Part shown: one piece after another, positions 28,470 through 39,157 of the stretch
Numbering within the stretch: the first letter of the stretch is position 1
How the letters are laid out: each line of letters starts with the position of its first letter
Virus record (IMG/VR): IMGVR_UViG_3300027763_000034
Coordinates: 1 to 64,000 of that record
DNA: 64,000 bases
Source: a virus
Direction: 5' to 3' (one strand)
Notes under the pieces: generated by a model
What the model was told of the DNA's origin: nothing
The model's database searches: none
What the model saw: the letters and a program-made list of their open reading frames with translations, nothing else
Translations under genes and position numbers: made by a program

Positions 28470-29255
28470 GTCATTACCTCCTTCTACGTTTGCCTGTTTT
28501 GCTAATTGTGTTTCAGGCAACGGTAATCTTGACTTCTTGAATGAAGCAAGAATTTTATCTATTTCTTTTGACTTGTTAATGTCTGAACTTTCTACCCAAC
28601 CGATTAGCGCAGCTGGTTTTCCAGATATTGGTGAATCAAAAGTTTTTTCTGTGGACATAAACACTGAGTCGCTGTCTTCGCAATAAAAAATATTTTCTGT
28701 TACTACACTTGTAGCAAGGCCTTTGTAAATCATTTGCCCATTAACTTTTTCGATTGACAAAATATTACATAGCTCATTTGCTGGTGAGTCAACAATTGAA
28801 AGTTCAACAAGATCATAGTCTTTAATAAATCTAACTGCTTCTCCTGTTGCCTTGTTAACCTCATTGTCTGATTCTTTAATCTTTCCGCCGATTGAAAAAC
28901 CAGAAAGAGTGCCATCAAGAACTTTCTCCCAAGTATCTTGTGCACCCTTTGAAATGTATGAAGTTACATAAACTCCATTGTAAAAAGTTTGAGACTTTTG
29001 GTCATAGTATGTTTCTGGCTTAAATGAAACAACTTTACCAACTGCATTTGACTGATGCATCTCACGAAGGTTGCCTCTAAAGTTTTCAAAAGCTTTTACG
29101 CTTGCTTCTGCTGTGACAACATCTCCTGTTTGGTCAACATTATCTAATGTTGCAAAACCAGATACAGTTCTATTTTCTCGATTAACCTTAGTGAAAGGAA
29201 TCGACAAATGTAGGTTTTCGCCATTACTAGACCAATGGCCTTTTTCAATGTTCAT
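27891..29255 (-). CDS. prohead protease fused to scaffold
   Basis: RTVSGFA...DQTGD...LREMH...GFSIGG...ELSIVDSPAN (HK97 protease), followed by an acidic/coiled-coil C-terminus. Confidence 0.9.
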   Translation of the reverse strand: MNIEKGHWSSNGENLHLSIPFTKVNRENRTVSGFATLDNVDQTGDVVTAEASVKAFENFRGNLREMHQSNAVGKVVSFKPETYYDQKSQTFYNGVYVTSYISKGAQDTWEKVLDGTLSGFSIGGKIKESDNEVNKATGEAVRFIKDYDLVELSIVDSPANELCNILSIEKVNGQMIYKGLATSVVTENIFYCEDSDSVFMSTEKTFDSPISGKPAALIGWVESSDINKSKEIDKILASFKKSRLPLPETQLAKQANVEGGNDMEKLNVGNDVEVAAEAVVEAPAEVTPEVETVVAEANNDSNVNLFDKSLEAVDSTVEDTSADNVEKAADTVEVMVDEPDFAKMLGDLKGFFSDTLTKATEASAAQVTEIKTSVEAFSKNVDARILELAEKHSALSDAVSEIKGTIEGVQKQVDAVEGDTAIKKSSDLGGSEVFTKSKSKWSGAFLGSVNEIFN

Positions 29256-29308
29256 ATGGTCAATTTTAGTGGTTTATCTACTATAACGCAAATAACAGTT
29301 GATTAAAC

Positions 29309-30898
29309 TTATTTGACTTTTGGACCGTCGCCCTTTGGATTTCTAGCTTCTCCGCTTTTATCTGGGGCATTTGCGGATCTTTGCTGATCTCGCTTTTTAT
29401 TGCCCGTCGACTTTGCTTTTTGATCGGCTACTTGCTGGGGCTTTAAATCCACCATTTCGTCTCCGCCTTCAACAGTTGTCATATTCTTTCTAAGACGAAC
29501 TTCGTTAGGGGTAATAACCTGCATTCTCAAATAAATTTCATCAATACGGCTTTGAGTTTCCTCATCAGTAAGACTTAATTCGTTAAACTTTAATTGCACA
29601 ACATCTGTCTTTTCTGCAATTAAATAATTCAATTTCTTTTCAAGTCTATCTTGTGATGGACGGCAAACCTGCTCTTTAAATGTCTTATCAGCATCCCTGG
29701 CAGCGGCTAAATTGATTCCTTCTGGAATACCAATTTTGCTAATTGGAACACGATGAGCTAACAGAATTTCATCTCTATTAGACTTACGATAGATATTAAA
29801 TGAGGACTCTTGTTCTCCTGCTTCAATTGGCTCCATCTTAAATTCAGTTTTTGAATCTGGAGTGTCTGCTGGAAGTGGGATATAAAGAGATCTATGATTC
29901 TTTCCCTTTAATCCGACCTGGAAAAATTCAAGAAGTTTTCTTTCTGATTCTGGGGAAAGCTTTGCTCCCTTTACTGTAATAATATATCTTGGGACCGCCT
30001 TATTTTCAAAGTAGTCTAAGTTATATCTACCAGCAAATTCGTTTCCTGCCAGGGCTTGCTGTGCTGCAATAATATCTGGTACTCCGTAGTAGTTATTCAT
30101 TGGAGTGTATTTCTTTAAATGAATAATCTCATTTGGTCTATCTTCTTGACCAGCAATTGGACTTGGAGTTTCAAGATCACCAAAGTTGCGGAAGTAAACT
30201 GCCTTTCCATAAAGTAGCTGAATAAATCCGTCACGGAATCTACGTACACGCATCGTTTTAGCTGGTATATGGCCTATATAGCCTATATCTCCAGCAGTGG
30301 TACGTCCTATCTCTATGTACCCGTTTCCAGTCGCCTCAAGGTCTGTGTAGGCTTTTATAAGGGTCTCTGTAAATGATTCTTCTTCATTGCAATCATCTAG
30401 CCATTTGTCTAGCTGAGTTTTAATTCTATCAATTTTTGAACGAGCTCTATCTGCCTGTTTTTGATCAGTTATAGCATCCATTGCATCTTTTGCTTTAGAT
30501 GTTTCTGTAAACATATATCCTAGGCCAACAATATTTGAAACCTTAGCATTGATGGCTGCATAGTTATAAGTAGAGACTTCATAAATTTTTGAAAGGTATT
30601 CTAAGTTATATGTTGGCTCTACGAGATCAAATAATGCATATCCGCTAATTGCTTGCTGAAGAAGATTCTGTTGTGTGCCTACGCCAGATGTTCCAACAAA
30701 TGCTTTTGAAAAATCACGATTAATTTTACGTTTAAAATTTGTTCCAAGGCCTCTTAATTTTTTAATTTCTTCTAGACCTATTTTAAATGGATCTTCTGAC
30801 TCTTCTGCTTTTTGAAAATGAAACCAGTCAGATGTATTTGAAATATCTATTGTATTTGATGAATTGTCATCTTCTAAAAATTCTATGTTGCGTGTCAT
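29309..30898 (-). CDS. portal protein
   Basis: DLEATGNGYIEI.R, EIIHLK...YYGVP, YFENKAVP, ILLAHRVP, ITPNEVR. Confidence 0.93.
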   Translation of the reverse strand: MTRNIEFLEDDNSSNTIDISNTSDWFHFQKAEESEDPFKIGLEEIKKLRGLGTNFKRKINRDFSKAFVGTSGVGTQQNLLQQAISGYALFDLVEPTYNLEYLSKIYEVSTYNYAAINAKVSNIVGLGYMFTETSKAKDAMDAITDQKQADRARSKIDRIKTQLDKWLDDCNEEESFTETLIKAYTDLEATGNGYIEIGRTTAGDIGYIGHIPAKTMRVRRFRDGFIQLLYGKAVYFRNFGDLETPSPIAGQEDRPNEIIHLKKYTPMNNYYGVPDIIAAQQALAGNEFAGRYNLDYFENKAVPRYIITVKGAKLSPESERKLLEFFQVGLKGKNHRSLYIPLPADTPDSKTEFKMEPIEAGEQESSFNIYRKSNRDEILLAHRVPISKIGIPEGINLAAARDADKTFKEQVCRPSQDRLEKKLNYLIAEKTDVVQLKFNELSLTDEETQSRIDEIYLRMQVITPNEVRLRKNMTTVEGGDEMVDLKPQQVADQKAKSTGNKKRDQQRSANAPDKSGEARNPKGDGPKVK

Positions 30899-31233
30899 TG
30901 TACTTTACCGCCTCTTAGTACAGAGTCTTTATAGACTCCGATATCGTATGGGTCTGGTGGGAGTCCCCATTTAAGTCGTTGTTCTTGTTCTGCAAGCTCT
31001 TCGTCATCAATCTTTCTGCGCCCAGATAAAAATTTGGGTTCACCCTCATAAATACCATATGAGCGAACTTCTCTAGCCAAAGCATCGATTCTGGATCTAT
31101 TGCCTTTGATTGACGTGATCGAAAGAAAATTCCCATCGTCATCTCCAATCCATCTGCCGTCTGGCATCATCCATACGTATATGCCTAGGGTTGTCTCTTC
31201 GACAATCTTAGTATTTTTCTTTAAGATATCCAT
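30895..31233 (-). CDS. hypothetical protein preceding portal
   Basis: 112-aa ORF, GIYVW.MPDG...DDDGNFL; ATGA overlap with the portal start. Confidence 0.7.
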   Translation of the reverse strand: MDILKKNTKIVEETTLGIYVWMMPDGRWIGDDDGNFLSITSIKGNRSRIDALAREVRSYGIYEGEPKFLSGRRKIDDEELAEQEQRLKWGLPPDPYDIGVYKDSVLRGGKVQ

Positions 31234-31291
31234 AGACCATAATCATACCATTATCTAGTGCCAAAGTCCAGATTTTGTACCAACAATTACA

Positions 31292-33121
31292 CTAAATGGT
31301 TATATTTGAACCAGCTAATTCAATAGAATAAATAGAGTAGGGCAATGAGTCATTACCAGATGCAGACTCTGATATCGATAGTCCTTCTGACCCAACTGAG
31401 TTAGACCAGTTGCCAATATAATAATTATAATGGTTTGTTATTTGGCTTAAAGTTAAGGCTGTTGGATATATGGCAATATTATTATAGTTTGATCCTAGGC
31501 CGTACGACGTGCCAGCAACATTTTGATTAATTTTAATTAAGCCAGAAGTAACGCTTGAAAGAACTAAGACTACGTGATGTGGGAACCCTACTGTAAAGTA
31601 ACTTGAGCAGTTTGTTTGGGAAGTCACATCTTTCCCATTTACGTATACACTTGTAATCCCACTCTTATTTATGGTGCCGTCTGTGAGCCATTCAAATATT
31701 TTTGATCCATTTGAAAATAAAACATTTTTGCCCGATCCTGGGGTATATATCATTTCAATAGACCTAGAGGGTGATGCTGCTTCTATATTGAAACCTCCAG
31801 ATTCATGCATTGATAATCCATTATATCTGCTATATGAAAGTATTCTTTCGTTATACCTAGACAAATCATAGTCTTGGTCTGAGTATATTCTGTCTCCAGA
31901 GTTATCTGCATAGTAGTCCATATTATTAAAAAAATCAATTGAAACGGACTCTATTTTTGGAATATCAAATGATGTATCGGATGAGGACATTGTTGTTCTT
32001 ACATAAACACGTTCATATGTAGTTAAATTATTTTTTGTAAAATAAGGCAATGATTTATTATTGTAACAAGTTTGCCATCCAGATAATCCGTCTAAACTTA
32101 TTTCAAATAATATATTTTCAAAGTCTGGTTCATACTTTAGTTGTGAACTGTTTATTCCAATTCCAGATGGAACAATTATCTCTTGTGTAAAATTAAAACT
32201 GGCTGGGGATGCGGTGTCAGTTTTAGCAAATGTAACATAGTCATGATCTATAGATAGAACTGCATCTCCATTAATTAGATCTGACCATTTAATTGCAGAT
32301 GGGTAGTAGTATTGTTTTACTGGCATTATTTTTGAATGATTCAATGTAAATAAAACTCCACCGTCTGGTTCTACTATCTGTAGGTGATTCAGCTCGTATG
32401 AGCCAGCAGTGTAATGATTTTGTATTTTACTTTCAGAAAGAGAATATCTGTAGAATGCAACACAATCAATTACAAATGGTTCAGATTCATTAGAAGGACC
32501 ACTCATAAATGAAACTGTTAGGTTGCTAAACGGGTACGGCTCGGAAATAGATTTAGTTGATTTACTTACTCCATTAACATATAATATAATTGAAGATCCA
32601 TTGTATACGGCAGAAATGTAAGAAGCGGATGTTTTTTCTATTTTGGCAACTGCAACCGACGAACCTATTTTAAATAAAACATTTCCATTTTTATAAGTTA
32701 AGCCAATTAAATTTGTTGTGTCAAATGCTAAAGGTATTTCATTGGTGGATGTTTGTGGCGGTTTAAACCATAAGTCTATAGAAAATGGATTATTTTTGTA
32801 TGTTGATGTTGCCATTCCTGGAGTTATGTATATAATTTTTGTATCTGAATTCATTTTTGTTCCAGCTATCGATCCAGGAACTAATGGCATTAATACTGCA
32901 TTTGATGAGTTAAACGATACTCCATTATTACTATTTCCAGAATAATCATATATTACCGACCCTCCGAGATTGGCATAAGAAATACCATTATCTCTTAAAT
33001 CAGCGTATGTAGCATATTGTGTTTTAAGGGCATCATATGAAACTGTGGTGCCAGATATTACTTCATCTAATAAATAAAATGATGTTGGGTGGTCATTTAA
33101 GACTACGCTTTTGTATGACAT
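31292..33121 (-). CDS. LamG/concanavalin A-like virion protein
   Basis: YDYSGNSNNG, FSIDLWFKP, LYVNG, ID.VAFYRYSLS...IQNHY; second LamG-like unit at the C-terminus. Confidence 0.75.
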   Translation of the reverse strand: MSYKSVVLNDHPTSFYLLDEVISGTTVSYDALKTQYATYADLRDNGISYANLGGSVIYDYSGNSNNGVSFNSSNAVLMPLVPGSIAGTKMNSDTKIIYITPGMATSTYKNNPFSIDLWFKPPQTSTNEIPLAFDTTNLIGLTYKNGNVLFKIGSSVAVAKIEKTSASYISAVYNGSSIILYVNGVSKSTKSISEPYPFSNLTVSFMSGPSNESEPFVIDCVAFYRYSLSESKIQNHYTAGSYELNHLQIVEPDGGVLFTLNHSKIMPVKQYYYPSAIKWSDLINGDAVLSIDHDYVTFAKTDTASPASFNFTQEIIVPSGIGINSSQLKYEPDFENILFEISLDGLSGWQTCYNNKSLPYFTKNNLTTYERVYVRTTMSSSDTSFDIPKIESVSIDFFNNMDYYADNSGDRIYSDQDYDLSRYNERILSYSRYNGLSMHESGGFNIEAASPSRSIEMIYTPGSGKNVLFSNGSKIFEWLTDGTINKSGITSVYVNGKDVTSQTNCSSYFTVGFPHHVVLVLSSVTSGLIKINQNVAGTSYGLGSNYNNIAIYPTALTLSQITNHYNYYIGNWSNSVGSEGLSISESASGNDSLPYSIYSIELAGSNITI

Positions 33122-33128
33122 CCCAAAC

Positions 33129-34232
33129 CTACTTTTCTTCTAGTGATTTTACTCTTGCTGTAAGTTCTTGTACCGCTTTAATTAATGGAGAAATAAATTC
33201 TTCGTATCTTAATGCTTGTTGTCCTTCTGCATCATTCACATCAGAAATTACCCAGCCGCCGAAGTCAGCAATATTGACTTCATCTAAGACAGACTTTACC
33301 TCTTGTGCAATTAATCCGTAATGTGTTCTATCTCCACCAATTTTATTATATTTAACTGGGTTTAATTTATTAATAAAATTTAATCCAAGGTCAGATGTCA
33401 ATATATTTTCTTTTGTTCTTTCATCTGATATAACAGTTGCTGCTGAGTTTAAATATATGTTTTTCCATCCTCTAGTTACGTTATCTGTTCCAGAGTTAAT
33501 TGGACCAAGCAAACCTAAAGTAAATGTATTTGTTGATAGTGGATACCAGGCAGAGTTGACTCCAGTTGTAGATGTTGCTGTTGTTTGTAGCGCAATTCTT
33601 GTTGCAATTGGATCAATAACAGCATTTGATCCTGCTGCGCCAGTTGCGCCAGTTGCACCAGTTGCGCCAGTATCTCCACGAGGAATTGTAAAATTTAAAA
33701 TAACATTGCTAGATGTTCCAGTATTTGTAACAATAGCGTTTGTTCCTGCTGCACCTGTAGTTACTGGGCTAGCAATAGTAATTGTTGCTGCTGCATCACC
33801 TTTTGGACCAGTTGCTCCAGTTGCTCCAGTTGCTCCAGTTTCTCCAGTTGGTAAAACTAAATTTAAAACTTGAGATGGAGATGTGCCAGTAATTGTTGCA
33901 GAAGCTAGTGCGCCAGATACAACTGTTCCAATTGTTAAAACATTTGATGGACCAGGGCCACCAATTACTCCATCTTGACCTTTTGGAATATTAAATGTTA
34001 AAGATTGTGATGGAGATGTTCCGCTAATAGTTACCGAAGCATTTTGACCAGCATTTATTGTATTTGTTGAAGCAATGGTTAAAACGTTTGAAGGGCCTGT
34101 TGCTCCTTGGGGTCCAGGATGAGCAGCAATATATGTAGCAATATCATTACCTAAAATACCAAGATCTCTAGGTACATCGGGAGAATCCGAGTAACTTGGG
34201 AAGTGCCATCCATTAACGCCTGTAGTTGCCAT
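33129..34232 (-). CDS. collagen-like fibre with C-terminal intramolecular chaperone (peptidase S74)
   Basis: G-X-Y runs ([13 protein letters not shown]); SDERTKENI...L.PV.Y...GLIAQEV...LIKAVQEL. Confidence 0.85.
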   Translation of the reverse strand: MATTGVNGWHFPSYSDSPDVPRDLGILGNDIATYIAAHPGPQGATGPSNVLTIASTNTINAGQNASVTISGTSPSQSLTFNIPKGQDGVIGGPGPSNVLTIGTVVSGALASATITGTSPSQVLNLVLPTGETGATGATGATGPKGDAAATITIASPVTTGAAGTNAIVTNTGTSSNVILNFTIPRGDTGATGATGATGAAGSNAVIDPIATRIALQTTATSTTGVNSAWYPLSTNTFTLGLLGPINSGTDNVTRGWKNIYLNSAATVISDERTKENILTSDLGLNFINKLNPVKYNKIGGDRTHYGLIAQEVKSVLDEVNIADFGGWVISDVNDAEGQQALRYEEFISPLIKAVQELTARVKSLEEK

Positions 34233-34239
34233 TTTTTAA

Positions 34240-34911
34240 TTATACCATTAAGCCTTTATACACAGAAAGGTGTGAGGTATATCTTTTGCCAGACAAAACT
34301 TCATTTACCTTATGAAGATACGGCTCTTGACTTGGAAATATTATTAGGCTGCCCTCTTGTGGCTTTATTGACAAGCCTTGGTTTGGAAACTCTATCTCGC
34401 CACCCTCATAGTCATCATTCAGATAAGCTATCATTGAGAATGCTAGTGTTGTATGTCCGTCATAGTTATCACAATGTGGCCCCATGCCAGAACCTGCTGC
34501 CCATTCTCTAATTGGAATTTCTCCCATTGGAAGTATATAATTTTTTCCGTCAATATTTCTTGACTTTAAATAATTATCAAGACACATTTCAAATGCCATT
34601 TTTAAACTATTACTTATGTAAAGAATTTTTTGATCTAGTCTGGAACCAGAATTATTTTCTTTTATGCTATTAGTTAAAACATTTTTATTTTTTCCGTATA
34701 CAACATTGACATCATCACTTGCTGTCCATGGGCTCCACTGTGTTATTTTTGAATAACTATCTTGGCTTTCATCGACCTCATTGATAAAATCAACTAGTTC
34801 TTTTGGATAGCTTAAAACATTTTTAAAATGCCATATGCCATCTTCTAAAGCATTTGGTATGAACATGTGATACATGTCATTTGGATTAAAATCTTTTTTA
34901 TCTTCTATCAT
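34240..34911 (-). CDS. 2OG-Fe(II) oxygenase, prolyl 4-hydroxylase-like
   Basis: HCD...YLNDDYEGGEI.F...H.V..V.SGKRY. Confidence 0.9.
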   Translation of the reverse strand: MIEDKKDFNPNDMYHMFIPNALEDGIWHFKNVLSYPKELVDFINEVDESQDSYSKITQWSPWTASDDVNVVYGKNKNVLTNSIKENNSGSRLDQKILYISNSLKMAFEMCLDNYLKSRNIDGKNYILPMGEIPIREWAAGSGMGPHCDNYDGHTTLAFSMIAYLNDDYEGGEIEFPNQGLSIKPQEGSLIIFPSQEPYLHKVNEVLSGKRYTSHLSVYKGLMV

Positions 34912-35669
34912 TAGATATTCTCTACTTCTGAGGCTGGGACTGGTGCTCCGTACGGAGTTAGTCTTAATCCTTTGTCACGGATTTCTTTCCATTCTTCTTG
35001 CTCGCCTTTTTGATGTGCTCTGACTTTAGCTAACTCGTCTGCCCATTCATCTCTAATTTCTTGAGGATAATCAGACTCTTCTCTATCGTCCCAAAAAGAT
35101 CCAAGCGTATATCTTGGCGCTCCTTTTACTACGGTAACCTCATGCATGTTTTTATGACCACCATGAAATATTAAAAATGACCCAGCTTTTGGAATAACTT
35201 CAAGTGGGGTTTTTCCATGTCTTGCATCAAACTTTAATGTTCCGCCTTCAAAATCATCATTTAAATATAAAAAACCAGCATATCTACTTCGTGTAAACGC
35301 ACCCATTTTTCCTTCTGAGTCGCTGTTGTCTGAGTGCTTTGGTGCAAAAGCTCCTGGAAGCCATCTTTGCACATGAAAGCTAATCTGAGACATGTCTTCG
35401 AAAGACTTATTTGCTACATCTGCAGCAGCCTGTCTAAATCTATTTTTAAGATCAGTAAACCATGTAGGGCTTAAATTAAATTCAGCAAGCACTGCTTCAC
35501 CATCAAATGGGTATCTGGCAGAGTATGACTCATAAAAAGATATTCCCTTCCAGTAGTCATCGTCAGTCTCAGCAAGTTTTTCTAGCAGCCCAATGACAGA
35601 TTTGCATTCTTCTTTTGATATAAAATCTTCATAGAGATCTATATCTTCTGTTAGTTTAGTAAGCTTCAT
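34911..35669 (-). CDS. 2OG-Fe(II) oxygenase, prolyl 4-hydroxylase-like
   Basis: HSD...YLNDDFEGG...HEVTVVKGAPRYT. Confidence 0.9.
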   Translation of the reverse strand: MKLTKLTEDIDLYEDFISKEECKSVIGLLEKLAETDDDYWKGISFYESYSARYPFDGEAVLAEFNLSPTWFTDLKNRFRQAAADVANKSFEDMSQISFHVQRWLPGAFAPKHSDNSDSEGKMGAFTRSRYAGFLYLNDDFEGGTLKFDARHGKTPLEVIPKAGSFLIFHGGHKNMHEVTVVKGAPRYTLGSFWDDREESDYPQEIRDEWADELAKVRAHQKGEQEEWKEIRDKGLRLTPYGAPVPASEVENI

Positions 35670-36490
35670 TACATACCCCCTGGCCCAGATTTATCTCCAG
35701 ATAGATCATCATATTTGGTCGGAACCCCATCCTGTAAGTATCTCATGTTTCTAGGATTGTCGTGCTTTAATCTTTCAAATTCTTTTTTCATCCAATTAGC
35801 GGCTCCTAATTTCTTTTGATTTTCGAGCCATTCTGGGTGTCCGTCGTAAGGGTACATAACAAAATTTCTTACAAAGAATTTTTCTCCATTATATATTGTT
35901 TTTACGCCATGAAAATATGGTTCATCTGATGGAAAGACAAGGATGTCTCCAGCCTGTGGTTTATGATTTACCCTATCCCCATTAACAAAAAATTCAATAT
36001 CTCCGCCGTCGTAATTATCATTTATATACATTGTGCAGGTTAATTGAAATTTAGATCCTGGCATGTCTCTTTCTGAAATAATAAAATCTGTGTGATATTG
36101 CATAGTCATTTTATTATCTAGGACATCAACTTGATCCGTATACTTTGAAAAAGAACATCCGCTAAAATGCCAATTAGGTTTTAATTCAATGCCGTGCCTA
36201 TTAATATAATCAAGCAATACTGCATCATAGGCGGACTGAATTTGATCCACAAAATCTTTTTCTTCTATAAACATTGGGTCGGACTTTTGAGTATCATCTA
36301 CTTCTAATGAATTTTTTGCTTGGGAATAGGTGCCAAAATGTGCCCAAGGGTCCCAAGTCTTTAAAAGGTACTTGCCTTCAGATGTCTGCTCTGATTTTTT
36401 CATTGTCTCATACAGGGCCTGCGGATCTTTCAAAACATTTCTGTACACATCCACTTTTGGATATAGCTCTACGTATTCTAAATTTGTCAT
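35669..36490 (-). CDS. 2OG-Fe(II) oxygenase, prolyl 4-hydroxylase-like
   Basis: HTD...YINDNYDGG...HGVKTIYNGEKF; ATGA-coupled start at 36490. Confidence 0.88.
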   Translation of the reverse strand: MTNLEYVELYPKVDVYRNVLKDPQALYETMKKSEQTSEGKYLLKTWDPWAHFGTYSQAKNSLEVDDTQKSDPMFIEEKDFVDQIQSAYDAVLLDYINRHGIELKPNWHFSGCSFSKYTDQVDVLDNKMTMQYHTDFIISERDMPGSKFQLTCTMYINDNYDGGDIEFFVNGDRVNHKPQAGDILVFPSDEPYFHGVKTIYNGEKFFVRNFVMYPYDGHPEWLENQKKLGAANWMKKEFERLKHDNPRNMRYLQDGVPTKYDDLSGDKSGPGGM

Positions 36491-37164
36491 GGCTGTCTTT
36501 CTCCTGTGTGTTTCATTATCGTCCAAAAAAATGGCGAAGTAAATCTATTTCCTGCTGTTACTGGTCTTACCCCGTGTGTGTAGTGCATGTCTCCTGGGAA
36601 GAAATATGCTGCGCCTGCTTTTGGCTTAAATTCAATTCCGTGCTGTGGGAAGTATAGCTCTCCGCCTTCATAGTCATCATTAAAATAAAATAGTCCTGCT
36701 AAGTCATACCATGGAAAATCATTTGGTCTTCCCTTTTCTATTCCAGTGTGAAACTCTTTGTCTGCGTGTGGTTCTTGTCTTGCCCCAACTGGCCATCTAA
36801 CAATTGCTGGGCCTGTCTCTTGAGCATCAACAGAAAAAAATTTATCCACTTCAATTTTAAGTCTTGCTATCATTGAGTTAATTAATTCTAATATTGTTGG
36901 GTCAGACTCCATTAAAGAGTTGTGAGTGCAAACCCTATCTTTCCATATATTTGCATCATACAAAACTAATCCGTCTTCATCAACATGAGTTTCGGTTTGA
37001 TCCCAAACTTTATTGTTTAAAGCAAAACTTATAAGCCTTTGCCTTTCATCTTCAGTCAAAAAATTTTCTAGCTCTATAATATTATCTGAGGATGAGCCAA
37101 AGAAACCTGAAGGCGTTATTGACTTCGGTGCATATAGCTGTATGTCTTTATTTGCAATTTTCAT
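36487..37164 (-). CDS. 2OG-Fe(II) oxygenase, prolyl 4-hydroxylase-like
   Basis: HAD...YFNDDYEGGEL...HGVRPVTAGNRF. Confidence 0.9.
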   Translation of the reverse strand: MKIANKDIQLYAPKSITPSGFFGSSSDNIIELENFLTEDERQRLISFALNNKVWDQTETHVDEDGLVLYDANIWKDRVCTHNSLMESDPTILELINSMIARLKIEVDKFFSVDAQETGPAIVRWPVGARQEPHADKEFHTGIEKGRPNDFPWYDLAGLFYFNDDYEGGELYFPQHGIEFKPKAGAAYFFPGDMHYTHGVRPVTAGNRFTSPFFWTIMKHTGERQP

Positions 37165-37208
37165 TAGTTCTCTTTCTGTTAATACTACAATATAATTTTA
37201 CCATGCTA

Positions 37209-37913
37209 TTAATCTTTATTATCAATGACTTTTAATCTTATTGCTTTTACTTGGTGCTTCCCTAAAGATACTCCAAGGTGGTCTGTAGCATTACGGTAAA
37301 AATTAGTCCATTTCCCAACCGCATTTGATTCCGACCCAGCTTTGCTATATTCTTTAGAATCAAATGTTCTTTCTGGCATTTTTGAAGAGTCAAAAAACTC
37401 TATTTCGGAATCCTGCAAAGCTTCAAGGTTTATTGGCATTATTGAAAATATGGGCGTGTTAGCTTTTATTGTTATTTCAACATTTGGCCTAGTTACTCGG
37501 ATCGCACAAGATAAATCTCCACTATAAAAAGAAGAACTCATTATTGTTGTAAATGGCTCATACCCGTCTACAAAATTATTAGGGACTGGCATAGTGAGGA
37601 GGCTGTGGTTTTCATCTGTTTTAAATGTTATGCCAGTGTTAAAACTTACCGTAGCATTTGATCTTTCGGCATAAGCATATTTATCTCCAGATAATATTTT
37701 TACGTGATCTGGTGTGGAATCAGATATTCCGTCCCATATAAAAGTTATATCTTCTGGGAATGAGATAGACCAGCCCATTTGATTTGGTAATCCAACTGGA
37801 AAACATTTATATGCGTGAGCTTCCCAAGTTTCATCCATCCAATCTCTTTTTACTGATAAGGGGAGGACTGTGGCTGAAATATCTTTTGCTCTATAGGCTT
37901 TGAGTTTTACCAT
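37209..37913 (-). CDS. DUF6065-like protein
   Basis: RDWMDET...HAYKCFP...NQMGW...WDG signature. Confidence 0.7.
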   Translation of the reverse strand: MVKLKAYRAKDISATVLPLSVKRDWMDETWEAHAYKCFPVGLPNQMGWSISFPEDITFIWDGISDSTPDHVKILSGDKYAYAERSNATVSFNTGITFKTDENHSLLTMPVPNNFVDGYEPFTTIMSSSFYSGDLSCAIRVTRPNVEITIKANTPIFSIMPINLEALQDSEIEFFDSSKMPERTFDSKEYSKAGSESNAVGKWTNFYRNATDHLGVSLGKHQVKAIRLKVIDNKD

Positions 37914-38565
37914 CGTTTAATCTTTTTTCTACAAGTGCACGATACTCATCATTATGAGTGTTATCGTTATAATCTAGCATTGTAACTATAGAATATTTTT
38001 TGCCTTCTTCTACTGGCATTGCAACATGAGAATAGATATATGTGGACGGGAATATGTATAAGTCACCAGCTTTTGGCTTAATTTTTAAGTCTAATTTTGG
38101 GAACCATAGCTCTCCGCCAGTGTAATCATCATTTGGATACGCTACCAGAGACACCGTTGCTGTATAAGAAAACCCGTGGTCGGCATGCTCTTGAAAATGT
38201 TGTCCTGGACCATAAGAAATAAAATTCATTACTTCCCAAAAATCCATTCTTACGCTATGAAATGAACAATAGTCTTCTGCTGCTGGCCCCTGTGTATCTT
38301 TGGCATCTTGCCATATATCATTTATTCGTCTATCAAAATCATTTCTTATTGTTGGCACTGGGCCTATCTTTACATCTTGGCAATCTCTATAGCTTGGCCT
38401 TGTTTCATCATAGCCAACTGTTGCGCCTCTCCAGTTGTACTGCCCATTGCTTTCATTAACAACAGAGACAAGCCTTTCCATTAAATTTAGTTCTGGCTTA
38501 ACTACGTCTCTATATACCCATAACCCAGGAAATAGGATTTCTTTGCTTGACCAAGTTTGATTCAT
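37891..38565 (-). CDS. 2OG-Fe(II) oxygenase, prolyl 4-hydroxylase-like
   Basis: Y.PGQHF..HAD...YPNDDYTGGEL.F...FPS...SH.A.PV..GKKYSIV. Confidence 0.9.
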   Translation of the reverse strand: MNQTWSSKEILFPGLWVYRDVVKPELNLMERLVSVVNESNGQYNWRGATVGYDETRPSYRDCQDVKIGPVPTIRNDFDRRINDIWQDAKDTQGPAAEDYCSFHSVRMDFWEVMNFISYGPGQHFQEHADHGFSYTATVSLVAYPNDDYTGGELWFPKLDLKIKPKAGDLYIFPSTYIYSHVAMPVEEGKKYSIVTMLDYNDNTHNDEYRALVEKRLNDGKTQSL

Positions 38566-38578
38566 TTTTCTCTTTCTC

Positions 38579-39157
38579 TCATATATAGTTTATCATATCA
38601 TCTGGTAATATGTCAATAATTAAATGCACTCTATCAAAATCAGTTGGGTTAGAAACGGAGTGTGGCATTTGATTATTAATTTCATACCATCCGCCCTCTT
38701 CCATATGTATTGTATTGTCCATTACAGTAAATGTTATTAAATCTTTTGTTATTATGGGTACATGAACTCTTCTAGAATAGTGAAGCAGGGCTCCACCATC
38801 AACATGCTTTGGTATATAAGAATTAGAATTTAATTTAACAAATTCACACCTTATTATTTTGCCAGAATAGTATGACTCTAAATCAATAAAAATTTTTTTA
38901 AGCTCTTGATCTGATAGACTATTTTTAAGAAGATTTACATAATTGGTTTCAACTGGGTCGCCAACAATCCAATCGTAATCTGTTTCACAAATTCTAAACA
39001 TCTGTGTGCTTTTGTGAGTATACCCTTTTTCTTGCCTGCTTTGATCAATCAGCCATTCATTTGAAAAATTAGAAATTTCATCTTTAATATGATTTATTTC
39101 AAAATGACCTAGGTGAAGTATTGACCACTCAGTATTCTTTTTTAATCTTTTGTACAT
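38579..39157 (-). CDS. aspartyl/asparaginyl/prolyl beta-hydroxylase family 2OG oxygenase
   Basis: IPKHVD...RVHVPIIT...G..YEINN..PHSVSN....RVHLIID. Confidence 0.88.
   Translation of the reverse strand: MYKRLKKNTEWSILHLGHFEINHIKDEISNFSNEWLIDQSRQEKGYTHKSTQMFRICETDYDWIVGDPVETNYVNLLKNSLSDQELKKIFIDLESYYSGKIIRCEFVKLNSNSYIPKHVDGGALLHYSRRVHVPIITKDLITFTVMDNTIHMEEGGWYEINNQMPHSVSNPTDFDRVHLIIDILPDDMINYI

Noticed and set aside
29309-33121. Terminase expected upstream of the portal
   Set aside because: No ORF here has terminase ATPase or nuclease motifs; it probably lies outside the window.
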